Assembly: GCA_963666985.2 (NCBI GenBank)
Contig: CAXXIA010000002.1
Location: 160,001-224,000, forward strand
Length of the DNA: 64,000 bases
From: Spirochaetia bacterium
GTDB taxonomy: Bacteria > Spirochaetota > Spirochaetia > DSM-2461
Reading direction: 5' to 3'
Numbering within the stretch: position 1 is the stretch's first letter; each line of letters opens with the position of its first letter. The position numbers were made by a program, and so were the translations under genes. Below are positions 21,278 through 30,566 of this stretch, one piece after another. Below the pieces are notes generated by a model that was given only the letters and a program-made list of their open reading frames with translations, was not told where the DNA came from and made no database searches.

Positions 21278-21596
21278 ACATCGGATGGAAGCCCGGAATC
21301 AGGGTTATGCCAAAGTGATGATGGATTCCCGCCCGGGATATCTGAGGAATCTCACCGACGAAGGATGTAAGATCGTCATGATCAGCGCCCTGCCCCACGA
21401 GGAAGGCGAACGAATTCCGTTCCAAATCATTCCGGACGAAACCAGCGGCTTAGGACGTGTCTCCGTGGACGCGGAGCTCAGGTGGAAAAAAAAAGACGGA
21501 CCATACTTTGTTTACGGCTTTCGCATTGAAGAATTCGGCTCGGAAAAAGAAGCGGAAGCATACCATAAACTCGTAACGCAATACGGTCGTTCTTGA
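21270..21596 (+). CDS. Stand-alone PilZ-domain protein
   Basis: RxxxR (RMEAR), NLTDEG (D/NxSxxG-like), AELRW and YGFRI beta-barrel strands. Confidence 0.8.
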   Translation: MSEHRMEARNQGYAKVMMDSRPGYLRNLTDEGCKIVMISALPHEEGERIPFQIIPDETSGLGRVSVDAELRWKKKDGPYFVYGFRIEEFGSEKEAEAYHKLVTQYGRS

Positions 21597-21622
21597 CGGT
21601 TACGAAAAGCCGATGATATAGT
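21593..21622 (+). promoter_or_regulatory. Sigma70-like promoter with extended -10 upstream of the STAS gene
   Basis: TTGACG, 18 bp, TGaTATAGT. Confidence 0.4.
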
Positions 21623-21759
21623 TTCTTAGTGAAATTTGGATGCGGACAAATTGCATCCTGGAATAGAATTATTCAATATTGGCCGCAAGTGCCGCATATC
21701 GGGATTCTAAGATTCTCCGGTATCAGCCTGTATAAACCTGAGAAGCGAGGAGACCACAA

Positions 21760-22099
21760 TTGGAACTGAAGATCCGAAAAAGCGCCGATATTTATATCAT
21801 TGATGTTAATGGCGAGATGGATCTCTACAACTCCTACAAACTTAAAGAACTGGTGATGAAAATGCTGGAGAAAAAAATCCAGAAATTCATCATCAACATG
21901 GAGAATGTGGAATACATCGACTCCAGCGGAATCGGCGCTCTCATCTATATCTGCTCAACCGATAAAAAAGCTCAGCTTAAAGCTTTTGATCGCCAATGTC
22001 AGAGGGTCGGTTAAAAAAGTCATCGAACTGACGAAGCTCATGGGCTACTTCCCCATATCCGGCAGCGTTGTCGAAGCCGTTAAAGAACTTACCGACTAG
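21760..22099 (+). CDS. STAS-domain anti-sigma factor antagonist (RsbV/SpoIIAA-like); +1 frameshift near 21960
   Basis: GEMDLYNS, YIDSSGIG (phospho-Ser motif); continues IKKLSLKL..NVRGSVKKVIELTKL in the next frame; GAGGAG RBS. Confidence 0.88.
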
Positions 22100-22111
22100 G
22101 AGGAGGCAAGC

Positions 22112-22660
22112 ATGAGCGATACGAAAAAAATTCTGCGGGACGACAATCACCCTCTCTTCGATAAAAGTGACATGTACTTCGAAGGAATTTCCCAGCGATT
22201 ACCGGCAGATCCGTTTTTTTACCCTGATGATCGTGCAAAAAGCTCCGCCGGAAATTAAGGAAATCAACCTTCTGGAACAGCAGGTCAGCGAAATCATTAA
22301 AAACGCCGTAAAAACACGGGAACCAATCCGATAAGAATTAAAAACATTCGTGTCTGGTGGACCTTCACCACCGAGGAAGCGAAACTCATTGTCGAAGATG
22401 AAGGCGAAGGATTCCAAAACATCGACGAATGGAATGAGTTCAATGTCGTTCGTCATGAATGCCTGCAGAAAGAAGACTATATCAAACTCGCCGACTATGT
22501 GTCTTACCGTACCGAAAAGAGCGACGAGAACGACGGCGGCAACGCCATGTTCGCCGCCGTGGAATACTGGAACGAAGGCGTGGTGTTCACATCAAAGGGG
22601 AATACCATCGCCGTAGGAAAGAAGTTCCCCAAAAAGCGCCCGAGAATCGAAGTCTTTTAA
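22112..22660 (+). CDS. Anti-sigma factor / RsbW-like serine kinase (HATPase_c); three +1 insertions (~22181, ~22311-22314, ~22338)
   Basis: Corrected translation: KEFPSDYRQIRFFT...SEIIKNAVKHGNQSDKNKNIRVWW...VEDEGEGF...DGGNAMFAAVEYWNEG; AGGAGG RBS. Confidence 0.8.
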
Positions 22661-23260
22661 TCGGATTCAGGCTTCGGTTCGGATTCGGCCTCGGGGTTCG
22701 ATGTTCCCTAATGATTTCATTCCCGTAAGATCAAGCGCCCACTGGTCGATGAACCAGCTTCCCTCATCCGTTCGAACCAGATAGATATACCCGTAAACGG
22801 CTCCGCTCTTTGAGGCTAAGCGCACCGGCACCGAAACACGCCGTCCTTACCCGCAGCGGCAGCCCGTACCGCGGGTAAACCTCCAAACACCGCCGCTTGC
22901 CAGCACGGGTCTCGAATTTCCCGGACGAGCAGCGGCCTCATCCCGCTCCAAAACGGCCTCTTCGGGAGCAATCCCGGAGCGAATGGACCGGAAGGCCGCA
23001 TCTGCAGACCGTTATCCTGCCGCCGCCCATTCATCGCCGGGGACGGCGGGGAATTCGGCCAGAAGGCCCATTTCTTGAGTCTTCTGGAAGCCGCCCTTCG
23101 CCGGACATCCACTCGACCGCGGTGTCCCAAAAATCATTCTCGGGCGAGATGAGAGCGGATAAAGACGCCGTGAAGAGAAGCAAAAGGGCCAAAGAGAAAT
23201 GGAATGCACACGCGAACGGTCACGGGATCATCCCCAAAAAACCATCGGTTCGGCCACGTC
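22658..23260 (-). CDS. Hypothetical exported protein, frameshifted (boundaries approximate)
   Basis: Signal-peptide-like FSLALLLLFTASLSA near 23200 and C-terminal GAVYGYIYLVRTDEGSWFIDQWALD near 22740-22800, in different frames. Confidence 0.4.
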
Positions 23261-24380
23261 AGCTTTGAAGCAGATCGCCGATATCATCGAGCGAGATATC
23301 CAAAGCCCCGCCCTCCTTATCTTCAACGGCATTGCGTTCCTTAAGCGGCAGGTATTCATCGTTATAAGCGGCGGCCATGCGGAAAATATCATCCGAAGCG
23401 TATTCTTTCGGAATGCTCACTTCCAGATTGTAGCTCTTCTCTTTAAGCCCCCGAAGCATCACGTTCACAGGGTCGCTTACCGTAATGGCGAAATGCGGAC
23501 TGTAGGTAATCATCATCAAAAGCACAACCGCCAGGGTAACGGCGAAAATGGTCAGGTTCAGCCGCGACTGGGTGACCGAGGCCGGTCTGATATCGAACCA
23601 GACCGAATAGGAGCCCGCTGTTCTGACGGCGAAATCTCCGGGGCCGAAGAAGCGTTTCAGATACGCATCGTCGTTGCGGGCATACAGTGTCCACTCCTCA
23701 TCTTTGACAAGCAGAACCGAAGGTCTGGAACGGCCCCAAGCCTCGGCGGCATCGGGCCCATCGGCAAGTTCCGGCCGTTCGGCCAGCGACTCGACCGCCG
23801 CGATCTGATCGTTCAGCCAAACCTCTTCGGCCCCCGAGGACTCGGTTAAGGCGAACACGGTTCCGATGATCGTGGCGGTAAAAATCAGCGTGGCCGCCGC
23901 CGTGGTAACGATGCGGACCGTATGACGCTGCACCATCACCGAATCGGCGAACCTGATGCGGCGGAAAATCTTCAAGAGCCTGAGAAGCCTTAAGACACGG
24001 GCCATCCTGACGGCCTTGACAACCTTCAACAGTCCGATAAGAGCGCCGGTTCCGGCGAAAGCCGCGCCCGAGGCCATCGCGAAAACCTCGGGCCCCGAGG
24101 TGAAGATAAGAAGAGGAACGGAGGCGACGAAGTCCACCCATCCGTTTTTTCGGATGAAATACCGGCCGTATTCGCCGGCCGTAACGGCCGACCAGGAGCG
24201 GATAAGAAATTCGATTGTAAAAAAAAGGTCGAACGCGAAACCGGTGTATAAAAAAACGCGCCTTAACGCCCAGGAGGCTCCGGAAATAACGAACATGTCC
24301 TCTAAAAACGTCTGAATGAGGACCAGAATAATCGCCGCCGTAACGACGCCTTCGATGATGTTTCCGATTCGCTTCTTCAT
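23259..24380 (-). CDS. Ion_trans-like membrane protein: voltage-sensor S1-S4, extracytoplasmic loop, TM, HAMP-like domain
   Basis: S2 FFTIEFLIR, S3 GWVDFVASVP, S4 KVVKAVRMARVLRLLRLLKIFRR; C-terminal DPVNVMLRGL...DDIFRMAAAYN. Confidence 0.78.
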   Translation of the reverse strand: MKKRIGNIIEGVVTAAIILVLIQTFLEDMFVISGASWALRRVFLYTGFAFDLFFTIEFLIRSWSAVTAGEYGRYFIRKNGWVDFVASVPLLIFTSGPEVFAMASGAAFAGTGALIGLLKVVKAVRMARVLRLLRLLKIFRRIRFADSVMVQRHTVRIVTTAAATLIFTATIIGTVFALTESSGAEEVWLNDQIAAVESLAERPELADGPDAAEAWGRSRPSVLLVKDEEWTLYARNDDAYLKRFFGPGDFAVRTAGSYSVWFDIRPASVTQSRLNLTIFAVTLAVVLLMMITYSPHFAITVSDPVNVMLRGLKEKSYNLEVSIPKEYASDDIFRMAAAYNDEYLPLKERNAVEDKEGGALDISLDDIGDLLQS

Positions 24381-24384
24381 CGTC

Positions 24385-25305
24385 CTACCACCCGTTTTCC
24401 GCGGCTATACCGTGGAGTTCCACCAAAATGTCCAAATCGAAGCCGTAGTACTTATAGTTTTTCCTGGCCACGTTGAACCAGCTTTTATCGGACGACTCGG
24501 CCCCCCTGTCCACTTTCATTCCCGGTTTGAGATTCCGGCACCGCAGAGAAAACACCGCCGCCAAACGGGCCGTGCTTTCCAGATAAGGATTGTCCTGAAA
24601 CGAAAGGGCGCTGTTGATTCCGGCCTTCACAACCGATTCGGGCATAAGGTTCAGCGTCTTGGATGCCTCTTCGGCCACCTTCGCCGCGTAGGCCGGTGAA
24701 ACCAGAAGCCCCGCGGAAGAAGACTGACCCGGCGGAATGAAGTAATGAATGGCCGGTCTGATAAGCATCGTGGCCTTCAGCAAATCGGCAATCTCGTTCG
24801 GACTGATTTTCAGCCGCTGAACCTTGCGCAGTTCGAAGCTGATGTATTTCTGACGGATAAAAATCTTTTCCATGTACCGGTCGATAATTCCCGTTCCCAC
24901 GCCCATCAGCGGCCCGGCGAGTTCCTTTCGGGAAACTCTCTTCGCCGAAAGATCTTTAAGAAATCCGTCCATCTGCGTTTTCACAGCCGTGGGCGCGGCC
25001 GTACGGTGCGAAAGGTGCTGGGTAAAGGAAAAATCCAACCGCTTTTCCAGAATGGCCTCATAAAGCGGCGTTAACGCCTTATCGGCGAAATCAGATAACG
25101 TCCGGCTCATCAATTCCCGAATCTGAGGCCACGGCTTTCCCTGAAAAAAAGCCGCGGAGGTCAGCGTCGGCTTCAGCGTCGCGGCGTTCACATCCAGAAA
25201 CTGGCGCAGCTGGTCCTCTTTCTGGAGAGGCGAAAGACCTGCAAGTGAAGGATTGTTCCACAACCGGCCGATAAACGCGGCCGCTTTTTCTTGTTCTGCA
25301 TTCAT
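24385..25305 (-). CDS. Conserved hypothetical cytoplasmic protein
   Basis: Long ORF with host-like codon usage; likely start MNAEQEK at 25305; coupled to the downstream gene (4-bp gap). Confidence 0.7.
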   Translation of the reverse strand: MNAEQEKAAAFIGRLWNNPSLAGLSPLQKEDQLRQFLDVNAATLKPTLTSAAFFQGKPWPQIRELMSRTLSDFADKALTPLYEAILEKRLDFSFTQHLSHRTAAPTAVKTQMDGFLKDLSAKRVSRKELAGPLMGVGTGIIDRYMEKIFIRQKYISFELRKVQRLKISPNEIADLLKATMLIRPAIHYFIPPGQSSSAGLLVSPAYAAKVAEEASKTLNLMPESVVKAGINSALSFQDNPYLESTARLAAVFSLRCRNLKPGMKVDRGAESSDKSWFNVARKNYKYYGFDLDILVELHGIAAENGW

Positions 25306-25388
25306 ATGATACTCAAATCGGTGCTCGTTCAAAAATAGGCGATCCATCCCTATGGTTCCAACCCATTTCGTGTCAATATTATATACGG

Positions 25389-28300
25389 ATGCATCGAGTT
25401 GCACGGCTTTTTTTGTCAGCTGCCTTTCTCTTCCCGATTTTTTTCGGTTTGCTGATCCCCGAAGCGGGAGCCGAAGATGCCGTTTCCGATACAACGAAGG
25501 ACGCCCTAATCGGCGCGGAAGGCGTGGACGAAGAAGGCGCTCCGAACGGCGCCTCCGGCAATGCCTCTTCCGACTCGGATTCCGATGTGGCTGCTTCGGC
25601 CGCCTCGGGGGCCGATACCGCCGAGGTTTCCGGCGCTTCCCCGGTTCTCTCGGAAGAGGCTTCCGCTTATCTTGTGGACTGGAAACTGGGAGATGCCGAT
25701 ATCGACCTTATCTGGGACGGATACTGGAAGGTCCGCTTTGTGGCCGGAGGCGCCTTCGGGAAAAAAACCGACGACAACGTCTTCAGCGGGCTCTCAAGGG
25801 GAACAACCTTCGAGCAGGAACCCGATGTAACCCTTTCCCTCTGGATGCACAACAGGTGGTTCATCGAAACCACCTTCCTGGAAGGATTCGACCACAACAC
25901 CTACCGCGCCGGCTACGTGGGGGCAAATGATGAATTCGTCCGGGAAGTTGTTATAGGAAACGCGGGCGTGAACGCCGATTCCTTCGCCGGCGCGGCCATC
26001 TCAAACCCCGACTACAACGCTCCGGGTATTGTTGGGAAATTCGCCACGGACCGCTCGGAGCACCAGCTTCTCCTCCGCTACGATCCCACAGATCCGGAAA
26101 CGAAAACCTTCTACGGGCAATACGAGGTGGAAAGTCAGGACATCGGTCTGCCGGATTTCATCGAAGGGCGGTTTTTCATTCTGCCCGACACCAATGTTTC
26201 CGACGTCGCGGTTTACCTGGAGGACAGCGGCGGGAGCGTTACCGGCACGGACGGAATAGGAACCGCACGCCGCTACCGGAAGGCCGAAGCCACCGAGTTT
26301 TTCGTGGATGAGGACGAGGGGCTTCTGGAACTCTCCGAGAGCTCCGAAGGTCAGGTGATTGCAACCTATCTGAACGGCTCGGGGCACCGAGTCGGCGCGG
26401 ATACGGTGACCGATTTCATCATCACGCCCGATTCTCAGCTCCATCCGGACCTTGCGGCGGGAACCGGCACTTACGGTTTCGACTTCACAGGCAGCGCAAA
26501 CCCTTACGATCCGGACGGCCGCGACTTTTCGGAAACCTCCCGGGTAACCATCGGCGGCACGAATTATCTGGTTCTCTACACTCCGGGGACGTTTTCCCCC
26601 TTCGAAAGGCAGAACGTCTACCTTTCAAGCCGCTCCCTGCCGAATGAAAGTTGGCGTATCACGACGATGATCGAGGAGCGGGGGGCTCTGTATCCCGAAT
26701 CGACAACCGAGTTCAGCTTCGAAACCGACGCGGACGAAAGAACCGTTGAAGTCTACGGTTCCACCGGTTCCGGCAGCTCTCTTCGGGATGTTCTGAACCG
26801 CTACCCTTTTGCCGAGGACGATCCTGCGGCCTACGGTCCGGGAAGGGAAACGGATGAGAATAAGCTCTCCAGGCTCATCGTCCTGGCCGTCCGAAAATCG
26901 AATGACGACTACTATCTGGGAACGGGCGTGGTGGCCGGTTCGGTTTCGGTAACCATCAACGGCGTGCTTGATTCCTCGGCCGAAGTCTCCGACGACGGTT
27001 ATCTGGAGTTCTCCCGATACATCTATGCCACCGACTGGATTGAAGTGGATTATAGAACCGAATCGCTGGATTTGGACGGCGGAGATTTTTTTCTCTACCA
27101 GGGGAACCGATTTCTTTTGGGACCGAATCTGACGTGGGAACTGGCCGAAAGCGTCCGCTGGAACATCAGCCGGGAAAGTTCGCTGGAGGAATACGGCGAC
27201 AGCCCCGGCGAAATCGCCCTCTCGTCGGTTCTGAATTGGCAAACCGAGACGGCGGGAGTCACCGTTACCGCCGATGCGTCCCTTACCACCCCGGACACCG
27301 TAGGCAACCTTCGCCTCTACGGGATGGAAGAGGGAGAATACTCCCTGGTTCTCTATGACGATACCGTGGTGCGCTCTCCGGATTCCATACCCGGATACGG
27401 TACGGACCGGACGGCCCTGGACCAATACAATTACATCGATTACAACGCCCTGGGGCAGGAGGTTCTCTACGGCTACATGTGGTCCGGAGCCGAATCCACC
27501 GGCGATGACGGACCGGCGCTGGCCGCCGATCTGAGCGGCGATCCCACCGACGGCCGGGTGATGGAGCTGCGCTTCGACCTTTTCGACGACGGTTTGGGAA
27601 CCGGCGAATGGGCCGCCGGAGATGCTCTGGCCGATACCGAAAGCGCCATCGATCTCTCGGGCTACACGGCTCTGGAAATCCCCGTGCTGTTTCTCGACGA
27701 CTACGGAAGCCCGGGCTTGGGCACAACGGCGCCGACGATCCTTCTGCAAATCGGCGAAATCGGTGAATACGAAGACTACCACGACGACGGTTCGGTGAAC
27801 GGCGCGGATTCGGGCGCCTCCTGCGAATGGGATTTCACGGACGCCGACGTGGAATGGGATGCCGGAGATTTATCCTCCGCCTGGACGGCCGAAGATTGGC
27901 GGACTCTCCGCATTCCCTTCACAACCGCGGACCGGGCCAAACTCGGAAGCGTCCGCTCCTGGCGCATCGTTATCGACAACCAAACGGATGCCGAACTCTC
28001 CGGCCGCATGATCGTCGGTCCGCCCAAGCTCGAAGGCAGTTCCTTCCGCACGGTCGTCCGCAATCCTTCCGACGATTTGGCCGATGCTCAGGATGTCACC
28101 TCGGATGAAGTTACCGACGAATCCCTGGAATCGGCTTATCCGGAAACCGATACGATTTTTCACGCGGACGGGGACGAGAACAAATCTCTCAAAATCCAAT
28201 GGGGCGACGACGCGCCGGGAGGAGATCCCTTGGGTGACGCTTCCGGAACCGATGACCGATGGGAAGCGGTTTCCTGGTTCTCAGACGCCGTTCCGATAAC

Positions 28301-30311
28301 CTCGTATGAAACCGCGGTGTTTTACGTTAAACCCGCCCAATCGGGTACGGGGAAGCTCACGGCGAAAATTACGGACGAAGACGGTAAAGGAATCACCGTT
28401 TCCTGGAGCTGTCACGACACGACGGCCTGGGACCGCATCGAAATCAATATTCCCGAAGGAACCGCTTCGGCGGATCGGGGAACCGATTTCACGGTAACCG
28501 TGGATGAAGACTCAGGCGAACTCACGCGGTTTCTCCTCTCCGGCGCGGACCAAGACGGAGATGCAACATCCTCCGCCGATTCGGGAACACTCTATGTGGA
28601 TGAAATTCACTTTTCCGAACCGACCTATTCGATTTCCGGAAGCGCCGGCGTCGAGGGATTCTGGAACTATAAAGACGATGTGGCGTCGTGGGGAAATTTC
28701 CCGATCCTGGGCGACATTTCCCTCAGCGGCGGCACGGAAGTTACCGGGGGCAAGGTGCTTTCGGGCGTTGATGAAGGCAACACCGTCACCACGGGAGAAG
28801 TCGGCATGGGCGCCGATGTTCTCGGTATGAAGCTGGAAACCGATTGGCGTTCCTCCTGGGGACTGGGAGAACGGAATTGGTCCGGGAGTCATTCTCTTCG
28901 CATTCCGGCCCGCTTTAATACGTTCTGGATCGGGGATGAATATTCCCGAAGCGTTTCCGGCGACGAAGCCACGTTTTCACGCCGCAACGACATCAACCTG
29001 AGACTGAAGCCGGGATCGGCCACGCTCTACGGCGAAACCGAATACGACGGCACCTCCTTCATCCAAACCTGGGGAGGAAAAACCGGATGGGGCGGTCAAA
29101 TCTGGAAAACATCCCTGAACGTGGAATACGCCCTGGAAACCGAGCAGGCGGCGACGGCGGAAAACGGCTACATGGAATCGTGGGTGAAGGATTACGCCTA
29201 CCTTCTCCCTTCTTCGGAAACAGCGGCCGGACGGGAAGCCCACCACGCGTTCGAAGGGAACATCCGCTTGGGTCCGGCCTCCCTCAATTGGTCGCCGGAA
29301 CTGGAATTCGATGTTTCCGAAAGCCCGGACTGGAGCCAGGAGAACACCTGGGCGGGAACGCTCTCGCTCCCCATTCGCTTTGAGAATTGGCTTGTTACCG
29401 CATCCTATCGCCGCGATTTGACTCAAATCCTCGATACCTCAGGCAGAAGCAACGGCGGTTTCGACGATGCCTGGGGCATTTTCCTGGAAGGCCTCCAAGG
29501 ACAGTGGCCCTTATTAACCTATGCGCCCTTCCTGGAACTCTTCGGGACGGGAGTCGGGTCAACCTTTGAAGCACTGACCGACGGACTGGATGAAGTGGAT
29601 TACGAAGCCGAATTCGCCGTCGATGTAAGGCGTTCTTCGGGAAATCATTGGCTGGATTTCTTTGTTCCCTCGTCGATGAACCTTTCCATCAAGCGGGAAT
29701 ACCAGCGTGAAGGCGACACCGCCGGATGGGAAGACGAATGGAACGCCGTCTTAAACTTCAGCGCCTACAATCTTTTCGGAGAGTTCGGCCGCTATCCCCT
29801 TTTTTACTTCTATAACTCCGACGAACTGACAAGTCTTTTTCAATTTTCATTGGAAGATCTTAATGAGACGGGGATTCCATCCCCGGAAGAATTGACATGG
29901 CAGATCGACTGGAGTTTCGAAGGAAACAGGGAGCGCAAGCTTGTTCTGTTTCACAGAGCCACATGGTACTGGGACTCGGATTACCGGGAAACGGTCGAGG
30001 AAGGCAGCGTGGAGTTCCATTGGAGAGCCCCGAGCAAGGATGTTCTGCACCTTCCTTTCATCAATAAGGCCATCCCCCGCAGAAACCACATGGAATGCGT
30101 GGAAAAAATCTCATTAACCGGAGAATACCCCTGGAACGATGCGCCGGAGGATATCGTTCTTGATTTCGGAGTAACTCTTTACCACGAAACATCCTGGGTT
30201 TTCCAGGATCTCGGCGAGTTCACCGGCTGGCTGGCCTTCGGACTCGGAGGAACCGACGGTCTGGTGACAAACGGCTGGGAAATCGGCCTGGAGGCCGAGG
30301 TTCACTTCTGA
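25389..30311 (+). CDS. Very large exported / outer-membrane protein (1640 aa) with SprA-like features
   Basis: Signal peptide, acidic linker, beta-rich body, VVAGSVSVTING...G.LEF...IEVDY segment, C-terminal GLEAEVHF beta-signal. Confidence 0.72.
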   Translation: MHRVARLFLSAAFLFPIFFGLLIPEAGAEDAVSDTTKDALIGAEGVDEEGAPNGASGNASSDSDSDVAASAASGADTAEVSGASPVLSEEASAYLVDWKLGDADIDLIWDGYWKVRFVAGGAFGKKTDDNVFSGLSRGTTFEQEPDVTLSLWMHNRWFIETTFLEGFDHNTYRAGYVGANDEFVREVVIGNAGVNADSFAGAAISNPDYNAPGIVGKFATDRSEHQLLLRYDPTDPETKTFYGQYEVESQDIGLPDFIEGRFFILPDTNVSDVAVYLEDSGGSVTGTDGIGTARRYRKAEATEFFVDEDEGLLELSESSEGQVIATYLNGSGHRVGADTVTDFIITPDSQLHPDLAAGTGTYGFDFTGSANPYDPDGRDFSETSRVTIGGTNYLVLYTPGTFSPFERQNVYLSSRSLPNESWRITTMIEERGALYPESTTEFSFETDADERTVEVYGSTGSGSSLRDVLNRYPFAEDDPAAYGPGRETDENKLSRLIVLAVRKSNDDYYLGTGVVAGSVSVTINGVLDSSAEVSDDGYLEFSRYIYATDWIEVDYRTESLDLDGGDFFLYQGNRFLLGPNLTWELAESVRWNISRESSLEEYGDSPGEIALSSVLNWQTETAGVTVTADASLTTPDTVGNLRLYGMEEGEYSLVLYDDTVVRSPDSIPGYGTDRTALDQYNYIDYNALGQEVLYGYMWSGAESTGDDGPALAADLSGDPTDGRVMELRFDLFDDGLGTGEWAAGDALADTESAIDLSGYTALEIPVLFLDDYGSPGLGTTAPTILLQIGEIGEYEDYHDDGSVNGADSGASCEWDFTDADVEWDAGDLSSAWTAEDWRTLRIPFTTADRAKLGSVRSWRIVIDNQTDAELSGRMIVGPPKLEGSSFRTVVRNPSDDLADAQDVTSDEVTDESLESAYPETDTIFHADGDENKSLKIQWGDDAPGGDPLGDASGTDDRWEAVSWFSDAVPITSYETAVFYVKPAQSGTGKLTAKITDEDGKGITVSWSCHDTTAWDRIEINIPEGTASADRGTDFTVTVDEDSGELTRFLLSGADQDGDATSSADSGTLYVDEIHFSEPTYSISGSAGVEGFWNYKDDVASWGNFPILGDISLSGGTEVTGGKVLSGVDEGNTVTTGEVGMGADVLGMKLETDWRSSWGLGERNWSGSHSLRIPARFNTFWIGDEYSRSVSGDEATFSRRNDINLRLKPGSATLYGETEYDGTSFIQTWGGKTGWGGQIWKTSLNVEYALETEQAATAENGYMESWVKDYAYLLPSSETAAGREAHHAFEGNIRLGPASLNWSPELEFDVSESPDWSQENTWAGTLSLPIRFENWLVTASYRRDLTQILDTSGRSNGGFDDAWGIFLEGLQGQWPLLTYAPFLELFGTGVGSTFEALTDGLDEVDYEAEFAVDVRRSSGNHWLDFFVPSSMNLSIKREYQREGDTAGWEDEWNAVLNFSAYNLFGEFGRYPLFYFYNSDELTSLFQFSLEDLNETGIPSPEELTWQIDWSFEGNRERKLVLFHRATWYWDSDYRETVEEGSVEFHWRAPSKDVLHLPFINKAIPRRNHMECVEKISLTGEYPWNDAPEDIVLDFGVTLYHETSWVFQDLGEFTGWLAFGLGGTDGLVTNGWEIGLEAEVHF

Positions 30312-30566
30312 CGGACGGCTGTCGGCCGATTCGATTCCGCCCATCCCGCCGCAATCCGGGAGAGCGGTCTTCTGTAAAAAGTCCGTTAATTCGTATTCAC
30401 TCCACACAAAAAAACTTTTGAGCTGCTTCTGAAGAATCGATGAAGTCCGCCCATCCGTATGTTCCGCATCCGAACGACCGCGGGAAGAGCGGCAGAAGAT
30501 TTAAGTCCGCGGAAAACCGCTTCCGATGCGGCTGTCAATAAGACTCTTCCCGTGTAGACTTGGGGC

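Noticed and set aside
17748..23260. Programmed frameshifting or recoding to explain the broken genes
   Set aside because: Too many sites, no shared slippery motif, and all resolvable cases are +1 insertions; sequencing error is simpler
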